A stretch of 64,000 nt of DNA from Chromatiales bacterium (GTDB taxonomy: Bacteria; Pseudomonadota; Gammaproteobacteria; UBA6429; Thiohalophilaceae). A model generated the notes under the pieces. It did no database searches, was not told where the DNA came from, and was given only the letters and a program-made list of their open reading frames with translations. Each line of letters starts with the position of its first letter. Within the stretch, counting starts at the first letter, position 1. A program made the translations under genes and the position numbers. Shown piece after piece: positions 37,305 through 46,385 of this stretch. The stretch is from assembly GCA_027032075.1 (NCBI GenBank), contig JALVOC010000172.1, positions 16,434 to 80,433 of the forward strand, in the 5' to 3' direction.

Positions 37305-37895
37305 TTGTCTGCACCCCGGCACGAGACAAGGCAGCACAACACACAAAAACCGCATGGCAGGAATGCTGTGGCCACTGCTGTTGTCTCCTTGCTTTTGTTT
37401 ACGCTGCTCACGGTTAACCATGCCGCTGAACCTGACACAAATAATCCCGTCCCGGCCATCACCCCCATCAAGCTGGAGATCACGACACACCTGGGTGACC
37501 GGCAAACATTTGTGGAGGGCGATACGCTCTCGTTTCTGCTCAGTCTGGATAGTGATGCCTATCTGTTGATTATCTATGAGGATGCTGCCAGCAATCTGAT
37601 CCAGTTGCTGCCAAACAGCAGAATGGGCAACAATCTTCAGCATGCCGGGGTTTTCCTCACTATCCCGCCAGCAAATGCCGGTTTCCGTTTCAAGGTGCGG
37701 GCCCCCTTTGGCGCTGAAACCTTATGGGCATTTGCTTCCGATGTGCCCTTTCCGGAATTGAAGGGCAAAAGATTGAACAACGGTCTGAAACTTCTTGACT
37801 CTGATATTCCTGCAATCCAGAAACAATTGCTTGCTCTTCCCCGTACCGCATTCGGCAGGGCAAAATTATCGATTTTCACCAAAAGCCGGGATTGA
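37305..37895 (+). CDS. Exported DUF4384-like protein
   Basis: Signal-like: AVVSLLLFTLLTVNHA. The block EGDTLSFLLSLDSDAYLLIIYEDAASNLIQLLPN is typical of DUF4384. Start uncertain (TTG at 37305 or GTG at 37368). Confidence 0.65.
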   Translation: MSAPRHETRQHNTQKPHGRNAVATAVVSLLLFTLLTVNHAAEPDTNNPVPAITPIKLEITTHLGDRQTFVEGDTLSFLLSLDSDAYLLIIYEDAASNLIQLLPNSRMGNNLQHAGVFLTIPPANAGFRFKVRAPFGAETLWAFASDVPFPELKGKRLNNGLKLLDSDIPAIQKQLLALPRTAFGRAKLSIFTKSRD

Positions 37896-37905
37896 ATTCC
37901 GCCGG

Positions 37906-38595
37906 TTATTTGCCATTTTCCTGCTCTTGCGATTTTTCTTCCTGTAAGGGAACAAAAGCGACCGCAAGAATATCATGCGTGCTGGTTTTGCCATTTTCAT
38001 CTTTTTCGAGCAACATAAGTTCCTGGTGCATATAGGGCAGGCCGACGGGGATAACCATTCTGCCACCGGGTTTGAGTTGTTCGACAAGCGCTGGCGGGAT
38101 ATGCGTGGCGGCAGCGGTAACGATAACGGCATCATAGGGAGCATGTTCCGGCCAGCCCTCATAGCCATTGGCGATGCGCATTTCAAAATTGGTGTAATTC
38201 AATTTTCGCAAGCGTTCTGCCGCTGCTTCACCCAGTTCCCGGATATACTCCACGGTAAAAACCTTTTTTACCAGTTGTGTGAGGATCGCCGTCTGATAAC
38301 CCGAGCCCGTGCCGATCTCCAGCACGATATCCTCAGGTTCGAGCTGTAGCAGATCGGTCATCAACGCCACGATATAGGGTTGCGATATGGTCTGACCGTT
38401 ACCGATGGGCAAAGGGCCGTTATCATAGGCAAACGGTTTTAATTCTGCCGGTACGAACTTCTCACGCGGCACCGCACGCATCGCCGCCATCACTCGCGGA
38501 TCAAATGCCTTTTTACCGATCTGCCGCTGGGTGAACTCTACCTCACGTTCTATCTCGGCTATCATGCGATCGATGTTTTTTTTCATCGGATTCAA
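37906..38595 (-). CDS. pcm: Protein-L-isoaspartate O-methyltransferase
   Basis: GQTISQPYIVALM and SAM motif EIGTGSGYQTAIL. 229 aa. Confidence 0.9.
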   Translation of the reverse strand: MNPMKKNIDRMIAEIEREVEFTQRQIGKKAFDPRVMAAMRAVPREKFVPAELKPFAYDNGPLPIGNGQTISQPYIVALMTDLLQLEPEDIVLEIGTGSGYQTAILTQLVKKVFTVEYIRELGEAAAERLRKLNYTNFEMRIANGYEGWPEHAPYDAVIVTAAATHIPPALVEQLKPGGRMVIPVGLPYMHQELMLLEKDENGKTSTHDILAVAFVPLQEEKSQEQENGK

Positions 38596-38606
38596 ATACA
38601 GGCTGT

Positions 38607-39872
38607 TCAGGTTCCTTCCTGCCAGGAGGCAAGATAACGGGCCTGTTCCTCGGTGAGTTCGTCAATCCGCATTCCCATCGCGGCAAGTTTCAGCTGCGCC
38701 ACTTCCTGGTCAATTTCAACGGGCACATTGTGAACGCCGTTATCCAGCTTTTTATGCTGCCCCGCCAGATAAACGGCAGACAACACCTGGTTGGCAAAAC
38801 TCATGTCCATGACTGCCGATGGATGACCCTCTGCCGCAGCGAGGTTAACCAGGCGGCCTTCCGCCAGCAAGCGCAGCCTGCGGCCGTCGCCGAGAATATA
38901 CTCATCGACAGAAGGGCGCGGCCGGTGTCGTTTCACGCTCATTTTCTCCAGTGCCGGGATGTTGATTTCCACATTAAAGTGTCCCGAATTGGCGAGGACA
39001 CAGCCGTCCTTCATGACCTCCAGATGTTTTTTGTCCACCACGTGCTTGTCTCCCGTGGCAGTGACAATAAAATCCGATTGTGCGGCTGCTTCGCTGAGCG
39101 GCATCACACGGTAACCCTCCATCGCGGCCTCCAGCGCACGCAACGGCTCGACCTCGGTGACAATGACCTTGGCGCCGTGCCCCTTGGCGCGCATCGCAAT
39201 GCCGCGCCCGCACCAGCCGTACCCCACTACCGTAAAGGTTTTGCCAGCGAGCAGGATATTGGTGGCGCGGATCACGCCATCCAGGGTGCTTTGACCGGTG
39301 CCATAGCGGTTGTCGAACAAATGCTTGGTCATGGCATCGTTGACAGCGATAATCGGGTACTTGAGCGCTCCTTCCTTTGCCATGGCTCGCAGGCGTATCA
39401 CCCCGGTGGTGGTTTCCTCCGTACCGCCGATCATCGCAGCCAGCAATTCGCTGCGGTTCCTGTGCATTTCGCTGACGAGATCAGCGCCATCATCCATGGT
39501 TATCTGCGGCCGATGATCCAGTGCCGCATCGATATGTTGATAATACGCCTCGGTGGATTCCCCGCGTATCGCATAAACCGGTATGGCATAGTGTTCCACC
39601 AGTGCTGCGGCCACGTCATCCTGGGTGCTCAGCGGATTGCTGGCACACAGAACCAGCTCGGCACCCGCGTTTTTAAGGGTGCGTGCCAGGTTGGCCGTTT
39701 CGGTGGTGATATGCAGGCAGCCACTCATACGAACGCCCTGCAGTGGCCTGAGCCTGCCGAAACGATCGGCGAGTTCGGCTAATACCGGCATTTCCTGCCA
39801 CGCCCACTCGATACGTTGCCGACCGGCATCGGCCAGGCCGGGATCCTTGATATCACAACCGATCCGATTCAT
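38607..39872 (-). CDS. ahcY: Adenosylhomocysteinase, short (~421 aa) form
   Basis: ORF 38607..40070 trimmed to the ATG at 39872, which overlaps the upstream stop (ATGA). Motifs: NAD-binding [36 protein letters not shown]. Confidence 0.92.
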   Translation of the reverse strand: MNRIGCDIKDPGLADAGRQRIEWAWQEMPVLAELADRFGRLRPLQGVRMSGCLHITTETANLARTLKNAGAELVLCASNPLSTQDDVAAALVEHYAIPVYAIRGESTEAYYQHIDAALDHRPQITMDDGADLVSEMHRNRSELLAAMIGGTEETTTGVIRLRAMAKEGALKYPIIAVNDAMTKHLFDNRYGTGQSTLDGVIRATNILLAGKTFTVVGYGWCGRGIAMRAKGHGAKVIVTEVEPLRALEAAMEGYRVMPLSEAAAQSDFIVTATGDKHVVDKKHLEVMKDGCVLANSGHFNVEINIPALEKMSVKRHRPRPSVDEYILGDGRRLRLLAEGRLVNLAAAEGHPSAVMDMSFANQVLSAVYLAGQHKKLDNGVHNVPVEIDQEVAQLKLAAMGMRIDELTEEQARYLASWQEGT

Positions 39873-40477
39873 TGTAGCCGTCCCATAAAGGTATAAACAT
39901 CCTTGAGGCGCTGCCTGGATATTTTTATATTGAAATGCTCGGCAAGTTTCTGCCGTGCAGCGTCCATTGTCGCCGGTTTTGGCGACAAACGCTGCAAAAA
40001 GCCGGATATATCTTCTGTCACTGCCCAGGGATATATCAACCAGCGCCATTTGATGATCTTCCTGGCACAATAATCCACGGCATAGTGAGTGGTGGTTTTG
40101 TGGTGCATCACGGCCGTACGAATTTCAGCAGGCGCAAAAGACTGCAAGTGGCGGCCGGCCACCTCCAGCGTGTCACCACTGTCGTTTACATCATCGACGA
40201 GAAGTACGCGTTTGTCCGTGACATCGATGCAAAGAGGATAGCGTATCACTGCCTGCGCCTGGCGGTCTGCGCCAGAGAGATAATGTTCTATCTTGATACT
40301 GGTCAATGCCATGATATCCAGACAGTCACAAACCAGCCGCGCCGGCACATAACCTCCCCGCCCAATGGCAACGACCACCTCCGGACGGTAACCGGATGCC
40401 CTGATCAACAGCGCCAGCCGCTGGCACAATCGTTGTACTTCAGACCATGAGATCAGTTCACAACGCATCCTCACCAT
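39869..40477 (-). CDS. Phosphoribosyltransferase (purine PRTase-like)
   Basis: PRPP-binding motif [14 protein letters not shown]. 202 aa. Translationally coupled to ahcY. Confidence 0.8.
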   Translation of the reverse strand: MVRMRCELISWSEVQRLCQRLALLIRASGYRPEVVVAIGRGGYVPARLVCDCLDIMALTSIKIEHYLSGADRQAQAVIRYPLCIDVTDKRVLLVDDVNDSGDTLEVAGRHLQSFAPAEIRTAVMHHKTTTHYAVDYCARKIIKWRWLIYPWAVTEDISGFLQRLSPKPATMDAARQKLAEHFNIKISRQRLKDVYTFMGRLQ

Positions 40478-40536
40478 CCTCTGTCCCTGATGCTCCCTTT
40501 GCCCAAGTGTACTGGTATTCGGAACGCCTATTTAGG
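40478..40536 (-). repeat. Truncated left end of a type-1 structured repeat, abutting the PRTase start codon
   Basis: 40502..40536 is 35/35 identical to the reverse complement of 15589..15623. Weaker similarity continues to 40478, immediately before the ATG at 40477. Confidence 0.8.
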
Positions 40537-40711
40537 GGTATGACAGATTGAAAAACCCTTTATTATCTGTATAGCACAAAAACCCGTGGATCTGTGGAAT
40601 CCTGGCAGGCAGCGCACACGATGACGTTTATCGGATGGATGATGATCCCGGCAGCTCGGGAAGAAGGCAGATATGATGATGCAGCAGCAAATAAAAGATC
40701 GATAGACGGCA

Positions 40712-40749
40712 CCGGATCATCAGGGAAACAGGCTTCCCCGATGATCCGG
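40712..40749 (-). terminator. Long hairpin downstream of ttrA-like gene (possible terminator)
   Basis: ccggatcatc...gatgatccgg with an inner gggaa/ttccc stem. The U-tract is not adjacent. Confidence 0.4.
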
Positions 40750-40770
40750 CAAAACATATTTCGTTTTATC

Positions 40771-43700
40771 CTACACTTTTTCCACTTTGGCGGGTAACCC
40801 CTGCCGGGCCACGCTGCCGACCACAAAGTCGGCCAGCACATTCAATCCCTTGCGGACCGGATCGGCGAAACCAAGATCATTGATGTTCACCCCTTTTTTC
40901 GCCAGGGCCGAACCGGGCTGCCAGTGTTCGCCAATACGGTGGCGTCTGGCACCGAGTTCATGATGCCCGAAGCCATGCTCGATTGCCAGCACACCGGGCT
41001 GGATGCCTTCGCGCACCTGGACGACGGTCTCCAGGCTTGCGCCCGGGGTGGTGATACGAATACGATCCCCTGAACGGACGCCTAACGACTCTGCATCACG
41101 CCGGTGCATGGAAACCGGATTGAGCGGATGGATCTGCTGCATGCTTGCCGTGCCAATCGTATGCGAGGACTGGTACTGCGATTTGGTGCTGATCACCTTG
41201 AAAGGCCATTTCCCGGCAGGGAAAGCCGCTTCCAGTGGTGAACCGTCGGCCAGCACCGGCGGCACCCAGGTCGGTGTACCTGGATAACGTTTGCCACTCA
41301 GGGTGTTGCGTGCCGTACCGAGGGACTCATCATAAATCTGCATCGGCTTCTTGTAGCGGCGTGCCAGCATTTCACCCTTGTAGGCCTTGGTCGCATCGGC
41401 AAACCGCCCGCCCCTGGCATAGACGTAGGCCACCTTGCGCCATTCCTCCGGTTTGAGGACTCGTTTGAGCTGTGCTGCGATGCGCTCGACACCGCCAAGC
41501 CGGATTTCTTCATCGGACGCGTCCGGCACCGCACCTCCATCGAAAGCGACATTGGCAGCGGCGCGCAAATAGAAATCCTCCGCGGTGTTGAGTGGATGCA
41601 TGCTGCCCTCCCGATCCTTGATCGCCTTGTCACCGAAACCGGGCAGCCCCATACGCCTGGCCACCTCGATGAAAAACCATTCCATGCATACGGTCCGGCC
41701 TTTGACATCCTTTACCTGTGCCGGCTCCACTACCGGCCACCGGGCGGTACTCACCTTGGTCAGATGAGCACCCCAGGCACTGGCCCAACCCCAGCTCTCA
41801 TACAAGACAGAATCCGGCACAATGTAATCTGCATAGGCATTGGATTCATTGATAAAAGGATCGATGGAAATGAGCAAGGGCAGCGCTTTGGGATCTTTCA
41901 GCTTTGATTCGATCTGTTCTTTCAGCCCCGCAATGCCGTAGAGCGGATTCGAACTCCAGAGGATCAGCGCCTTCAGGGGGTAGGGATAACCATTGAGCGC
42001 TGCGGTCAGAAACTCCGAAGACATGGCTGGAGAAAGCGGATACCAGGGTTCCCGGGACGGATAGGGCTGTTTTCCTGCCGCCTGTTTTTTTCTGAACTCA
42101 CTGCTCTTCTCGTAGGGAAACCGTTGACGTCCCAGGCCGAGCCCTTTGGGTTTGACGGCACCGGGAAATTTTTTCAGATTGTAACGCGGACCCGGTGCCA
42201 GATCCTTGAAGCGTCCACCACCCACACTGGTGCCACCCTTGCGGTTAAGATTGCCCACCAGTGCATTGAGCATGACAATGGCATAGGCAGTATAAAAACC
42301 GTTACTCCCCATCGTCCCGCCGTGGCAATCGGCTGCGGCGCGTTTGCCATGGCTGGTGAATTCCTCTGCGAGCGCGATGATGGTTTCGACTGGAATGCCA
42401 CAGAATCCGGCATATTCCTCCATCTGGTATTTATTCGCCTCATCCCGCAACAGGGTAAAACTGGTTTTTACCCTGAGGCTTTCCCCTTTGACTGTTGTGA
42501 TGCGGCCCTCGTAGAACAATTCAGCAGCACCGGCGCTGGCCTGGGAAACGGGCTTGCCGCTGGCAGCTTCGATAACAACATGAGGGGATTTTTTTGCCTC
42601 ACCGCCTGCCAGACCCAGCTGGCTGGCGCGCAGGAAGCGCCCATGCTGCGGGTGTTCCGGTTCCACGATGACGAGGTGAGTGGCATTGGAAAAAGCCGCC
42701 TCACCCGCAGCCGCGGCCGCGCGGGAATTGGGTTGTCGCAAAAAACGGGCATCATAACGATCATTTTCCAGGATCCAGCGGATCATGCCCATCACCAGTG
42801 CACCGTCGGTGTTGGGACGAATAGGTATCCAGCGGCTGCGGCTGTTGGCAGCCTGAGTGACGGAGTTGGTCAATACCGGGTCGACCACGACATATTTCAG
42901 TTTGCCCGTGCTTCGTCCGCGTGCCAGAAGCTGTCCCTGGCGTTTGAAAGGATTGCCCGCATTCCCCGGCGCGGTACCGATGAACAGCAAAAACTCCGAG
43001 TTGTTGTAATCCGGTTTGAGGTGCGGTTGTTTTTTCCAGTCCCCCAGGAGGGCAGCGTAGCCGGAACGCATGGAAAGGCCGCAATAGGAACGGTGGCCGG
43101 TAAAATTAACGGTACCAAAACTTTTTTTCGCAAAGCGGGCAGCAAAACGCAGGCGGCCGTCTTTAAAGGGCGGCATTACCGCCAGTTGGTTGGCCTTAGG
43201 TCCGAATTCGGGGTTGTCTGGATCAATGGGGGTCTTGAGATCACGGATTGCGCGCAAGCCGTCGACGTGGCCTTCACCAAACAAATCACCGCCTTCCACC
43301 ACTTCTTGCAGCAGTTGTTCCGGGGAAATCGGTGCCCATTGACCGCTGCCCCGTGGGCCAACCCGTTTCAACGGTACCTTGACGCGGTTGGGATCATCCA
43401 GTTTTTCCAGGACCGCATTGCCGCGGGCGCAGGTGGTGGAACGCCCCGACAATCCCCTTTCCTGAAACCGGCTGAGGGATCTGAAACTGTCACGCAGCGG
43501 CGTATTGAAAGGGATGTGAGGATCAGCTGATAACGGATGATAGGGATTGCCGGTTACCCGCATGACTTTTTGTGTGTTGCGATCGATACGCACCCGCACA
43601 CCGCAAACGGTGGTGCAACCCATACACATGGTGTAGGAAACGACCTGATCGGGATTCGGTGTCAGTTTTCCTGTTATCGGGTCGACCGTAAATTCCGGTG

Positions 43701-43854
43701 CCGCGGCATTACCGCTAATGGGATCATTCGGCTTTTCCGCAGCGATGACACCTTTCAGAATTTTATGTGCGGTATTGCTGTAACCAAATCCGAATGCGGC
43801 CAAAGCACCTGTAATGGTGGCACTCTTGAGAAACTTGCGGCGTGAGGTGGACAT
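40771..43854 (-). CDS. ttrA: Molybdopterin oxidoreductase catalytic subunit, tetrathionate-reductase TtrA-like
   Basis: Trimmed to MSTSRRKFLKSATITGALAAFG (Tat signal) behind an AAGGAG Shine-Dalgarno. CMGCTTVCG FeS motif. The ~1027-aa size matches TtrA rather than PsrA/PhsA. The operon context is ttrBCA plus ttrSR-like. Confidence 0.7.
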   Translation of the reverse strand: MSTSRRKFLKSATITGALAAFGFGYSNTAHKILKGVIAAEKPNDPISGNAAAPEFTVDPITGKLTPNPDQVVSYTMCMGCTTVCGVRVRIDRNTQKVMRVTGNPYHPLSADPHIPFNTPLRDSFRSLSRFQERGLSGRSTTCARGNAVLEKLDDPNRVKVPLKRVGPRGSGQWAPISPEQLLQEVVEGGDLFGEGHVDGLRAIRDLKTPIDPDNPEFGPKANQLAVMPPFKDGRLRFAARFAKKSFGTVNFTGHRSYCGLSMRSGYAALLGDWKKQPHLKPDYNNSEFLLFIGTAPGNAGNPFKRQGQLLARGRSTGKLKYVVVDPVLTNSVTQAANSRSRWIPIRPNTDGALVMGMIRWILENDRYDARFLRQPNSRAAAAAGEAAFSNATHLVIVEPEHPQHGRFLRASQLGLAGGEAKKSPHVVIEAASGKPVSQASAGAAELFYEGRITTVKGESLRVKTSFTLLRDEANKYQMEEYAGFCGIPVETIIALAEEFTSHGKRAAADCHGGTMGSNGFYTAYAIVMLNALVGNLNRKGGTSVGGGRFKDLAPGPRYNLKKFPGAVKPKGLGLGRQRFPYEKSSEFRKKQAAGKQPYPSREPWYPLSPAMSSEFLTAALNGYPYPLKALILWSSNPLYGIAGLKEQIESKLKDPKALPLLISIDPFINESNAYADYIVPDSVLYESWGWASAWGAHLTKVSTARWPVVEPAQVKDVKGRTVCMEWFFIEVARRMGLPGFGDKAIKDREGSMHPLNTAEDFYLRAAANVAFDGGAVPDASDEEIRLGGVERIAAQLKRVLKPEEWRKVAYVYARGGRFADATKAYKGEMLARRYKKPMQIYDESLGTARNTLSGKRYPGTPTWVPPVLADGSPLEAAFPAGKWPFKVISTKSQYQSSHTIGTASMQQIHPLNPVSMHRRDAESLGVRSGDRIRITTPGASLETVVQVREGIQPGVLAIEHGFGHHELGARRHRIGEHWQPGSALAKKGVNINDLGFADPVRKGLNVLADFVVGSVARQGLPAKVEKV

Positions 43855-43886
43855 AGTGAAATCTCCTTTGTCGAAAACTTGACGAT

Positions 43887-44903
43887 TCAGGCTTGTGTCT
43901 TGCGTTTCTGCAAAGGCAGAAAACGGATGATCAGAAGCAGCAGAACAACCCACAGTCCCAGAGAACCGATGATGCCCAGAACGTCTTCTGTGCCAAACGT
44001 GAGTTCATCAAAATAAAAACCCGCAGCGTTTTTCGGGATCCCCTGTCCGCCGATGAACATGTTCCAGCGAAACATCCAGGCACCGAAGACTGCGAGGAAA
44101 CCCGCCAGCCAGGCATAACCCGACTTGCCTGCGCTCAAGCCGAGGGGAACAATCCCGCCGAGAAAAAGGCCGAAGAAAAGCATGTCAAGCGGCAGATATT
44201 CCTCACCCAGTCTCATCAATTGCTCGCCGGATTGTGACAAGCCCATGAGACCGGCAAACATCCATGTCAGCTGCAGCACGATGCCAAGCAGCAGATAAAT
44301 GAACATATAGCGTTTCAGCTTAAGCGCAGTAAACTCGTCGTTTCCAAGAAAACGATTCAACAACAAACCCATGCCGGCGGCACCACTCATCGCGGTGATC
44401 AGGAAAAGCACGCCTAACCAGGCGGTGTTCCAGAGAGGCCGGCTGATGAGGATACCCATCTCACTGCCGGTATACAGCGCCACCAGCAAACCGGTGAGCA
44501 GCGTAATTCCTCCCAGCATACGTATCACAGCCTGTTCCCGGTCGGCGGCGGCACGGTAGACAGAGAAGGCATAAGCCAGCAGCGACAACAGATAGGCTGG
44601 CAAAAAGAAGGACCCCCACGACATCCAGGAGGAAGGAGTGAAATGCAAATAAAACTGGTAAAAACGTGCCGGTTGATGCAGATCCGAGACCAGCGCCACC
44701 GGTGCCACCAGCCCGGTGCTCAAGGCAACGACAAGCCCGATACGGCCCATGCTTTCAAGTTCCCGGCGGCGGAACACAAACGCCGGCATGCTCAGCAACA
44801 TGCCACCGATACTGATCCCGATGAGGAAAAAATATTGTACCGCCCAGGAGTTCCAGGTGATCTCACGGCTGACATTGATCATTTCGATAATTTGCGTATT
44901 CAT
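43887..44903 (-). CDS. ttrC: NrfD/PsrC-type integral membrane quinol-interacting subunit, TtrC-like
   Basis: Trimmed to the ATG at 44903, which overlaps the ttrB stop (ATGA). About 338 aa, polytopic. Confidence 0.7.
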   Translation of the reverse strand: MNTQIIEMINVSREITWNSWAVQYFFLIGISIGGMLLSMPAFVFRRRELESMGRIGLVVALSTGLVAPVALVSDLHQPARFYQFYLHFTPSSWMSWGSFFLPAYLLSLLAYAFSVYRAAADREQAVIRMLGGITLLTGLLVALYTGSEMGILISRPLWNTAWLGVLFLITAMSGAAGMGLLLNRFLGNDEFTALKLKRYMFIYLLLGIVLQLTWMFAGLMGLSQSGEQLMRLGEEYLPLDMLFFGLFLGGIVPLGLSAGKSGYAWLAGFLAVFGAWMFRWNMFIGGQGIPKNAAGFYFDELTFGTEDVLGIIGSLGLWVVLLLLIIRFLPLQKRKTQA

Positions 44904-45631
44904 GCCGGTTGCTCCTCTGCCAATGCATCCTTTCTGTTCCACAGGGCGGGCTGCCCTTCGACTTTACCCTTGAGACTGCCGTCAAGACCGATGTAATAAA
45001 CATGGGGTTTTGTACCCAACTCCTGTTTGAGAACATCCGTTCCTGCTTCCCTGAGCAAGCGCGAGACATGGCTGGCCGGATCTTTCAAATCCCCGAATAT
45101 GCGCGCCCCTCCCACACAGGTTTCCACACAGGCAGGCAACAGGCCGGCTTCCACGCGGTGAACACAAAAAGTGCATTTGTCTGCCGTCTGTGTTTCCGGA
45201 TTGATAAAACGCGCATCGTAGGGGCATGCCTGAACGCAGTAGGAACAACCAACACAACGGCTATTGTCCACAACCACAATGCCATCATGCCGTTGATACG
45301 TTGCCTTTACCGGGCAAACAGGAACACAGGGAGGATTGTCACAATGGTTACACAGGCGCGGTAACATCGCGGAACTCACCTCGCCATTCTTTTTCAGCTC
45401 ATAGGTGGAAACAATGGTGCGAAAATGTCCCATTGGCACCGCGTTTTCGTGGATACAGGCTACCGTGCAAGCCTGGCAACCAATACACTTCCGCAGATCC
45501 ACCACCATCGCCCAGCGGTGGTCTTTGCTGCCCATCGGCCGGTTTTCACCGGCCTTGACCTCACCGCTCAGTGCCGTCGTGCCAACGACAGCCGCCACAC
45601 CTTTGAAAAATGTTCTTCGTGATTTATCCAT
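44900..45631 (-). CDS. ttrB: 4Fe-4S ferredoxin-type electron-transfer subunit, TtrB-like
   Basis: Tat signal SRRTFFKG. Four Cys clusters: CIGCQACTVAC, CNHCDNPPCVPVCP, CVGCSYCVQACP, CTFC. Confidence 0.78.
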   Translation of the reverse strand: MDKSRRTFFKGVAAVVGTTALSGEVKAGENRPMGSKDHRWAMVVDLRKCIGCQACTVACIHENAVPMGHFRTIVSTYELKKNGEVSSAMLPRLCNHCDNPPCVPVCPVKATYQRHDGIVVVDNSRCVGCSYCVQACPYDARFINPETQTADKCTFCVHRVEAGLLPACVETCVGGARIFGDLKDPASHVSRLLREAGTDVLKQELGTKPHVYYIGLDGSLKGKVEGQPALWNRKDALAEEQPA

Positions 45632-45761
45632 CGATCTACCCCTTGATTACCGGTGCTTGTAAACACATGCCGCCGGTGGTACACGCGTAAATACTTGCTG
45701 TACCTAAAAGGTAGGCCGGAAGCGGGAGACTGGATATTGTGGAAAACCGATATATTACTGA

Positions 45762-46385
45762 CTACGTTACCGGGATTTTATCGGCAATCTGCAGATGACT
45801 GTAAATGAGCTCCGCCACCGATTTGGCAGCCATTTTCTCCATCACGCGGTGACGATGCACTTCCACCGTCCGCAGGCTGATCCCCAGATCGAACGCCATG
45901 ACTTTATTCGCCTTTCCGGCAACGATCATCTCCATGATCTGGCGTTCACGCGGGGTAAGTGTCTGGTAGCGCGAGAGGACCTCCGCTTCACTGGTCTTTT
46001 CCTGCCACAATTCGCGGCTTTTGCTGATCGCGGCATTGATCCGTTCGAGCAGCTGAGGCCCGTTGAACGGTTTTTGCAGAAAATCAAACGCACCGTTCGC
46101 CATGGCGCGTACCGCCATCGGCACGTCGCCGTGACCGGTAAGAATAATGACCGGCAAGATCATGGCACGTGCCATGAGTGCCTCCTGCAGTTCCAGACCG
46201 CTCATTCCCGGCATGCGCACATCCAGAATCAAACAACCGATACGATCGATTCCGACCTGCTGCAAAAATTCTTCCGCCGAGGCAAAGGCTTCCACATTCA
46301 GTTTTACTGACTCCAGCAGCCAGGACAAGGAATGGCGGATTGAAGGATCATCGTCAACAATAAAAACGGTGGCGTCATCACTCAT
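45762..46385 (-). CDS. ttrR: FixJ/LuxR-family response regulator, TtrR-like
   Basis: Trimmed to MSDDATVFIVDDD. Receiver domain (LILDVRMPGMSG) plus LuxR HTH (LTPRERQIMEMIVAGKANKVMAFDLGISLRTVEVHR). Overlaps the kinase stop by 8 nt. Confidence 0.72.
   Translation of the reverse strand: MSDDATVFIVDDDPSIRHSLSWLLESVKLNVEAFASAEEFLQQVGIDRIGCLILDVRMPGMSGLELQEALMARAMILPVIILTGHGDVPMAVRAMANGAFDFLQKPFNGPQLLERINAAISKSRELWQEKTSEAEVLSRYQTLTPRERQIMEMIVAGKANKVMAFDLGISLRTVEVHRHRVMEKMAAKSVAELIYSHLQIADKIPVT

Noticed and set aside
39873-40070. N-terminal extensions suggested by the longest-ORF track. Examples: ahcY to 40070, AraC to 6110, ankyrin to 1942, purA to 51623, miaA to 57919, ttrA to 43953, ttrR to 46445, M48 from 31448.
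   Set aside because: Internal ATGs align with canonical family N-termini, signal peptides or Tat motifs. They also create ATGA or short overlaps with upstream stops, and several have good Shine-Dalgarno sequences.
40537-40770. SAH riboswitch upstream of the PRTase-ahcY operon. A GCGCTGC block is present on the - strand near 40605..40615.
   Set aside because: I could not find the complementary 3' segment needed for the pseudoknot or P1, nor the other conserved blocks I recall. A cmsearch with the SAH riboswitch model would be decisive.
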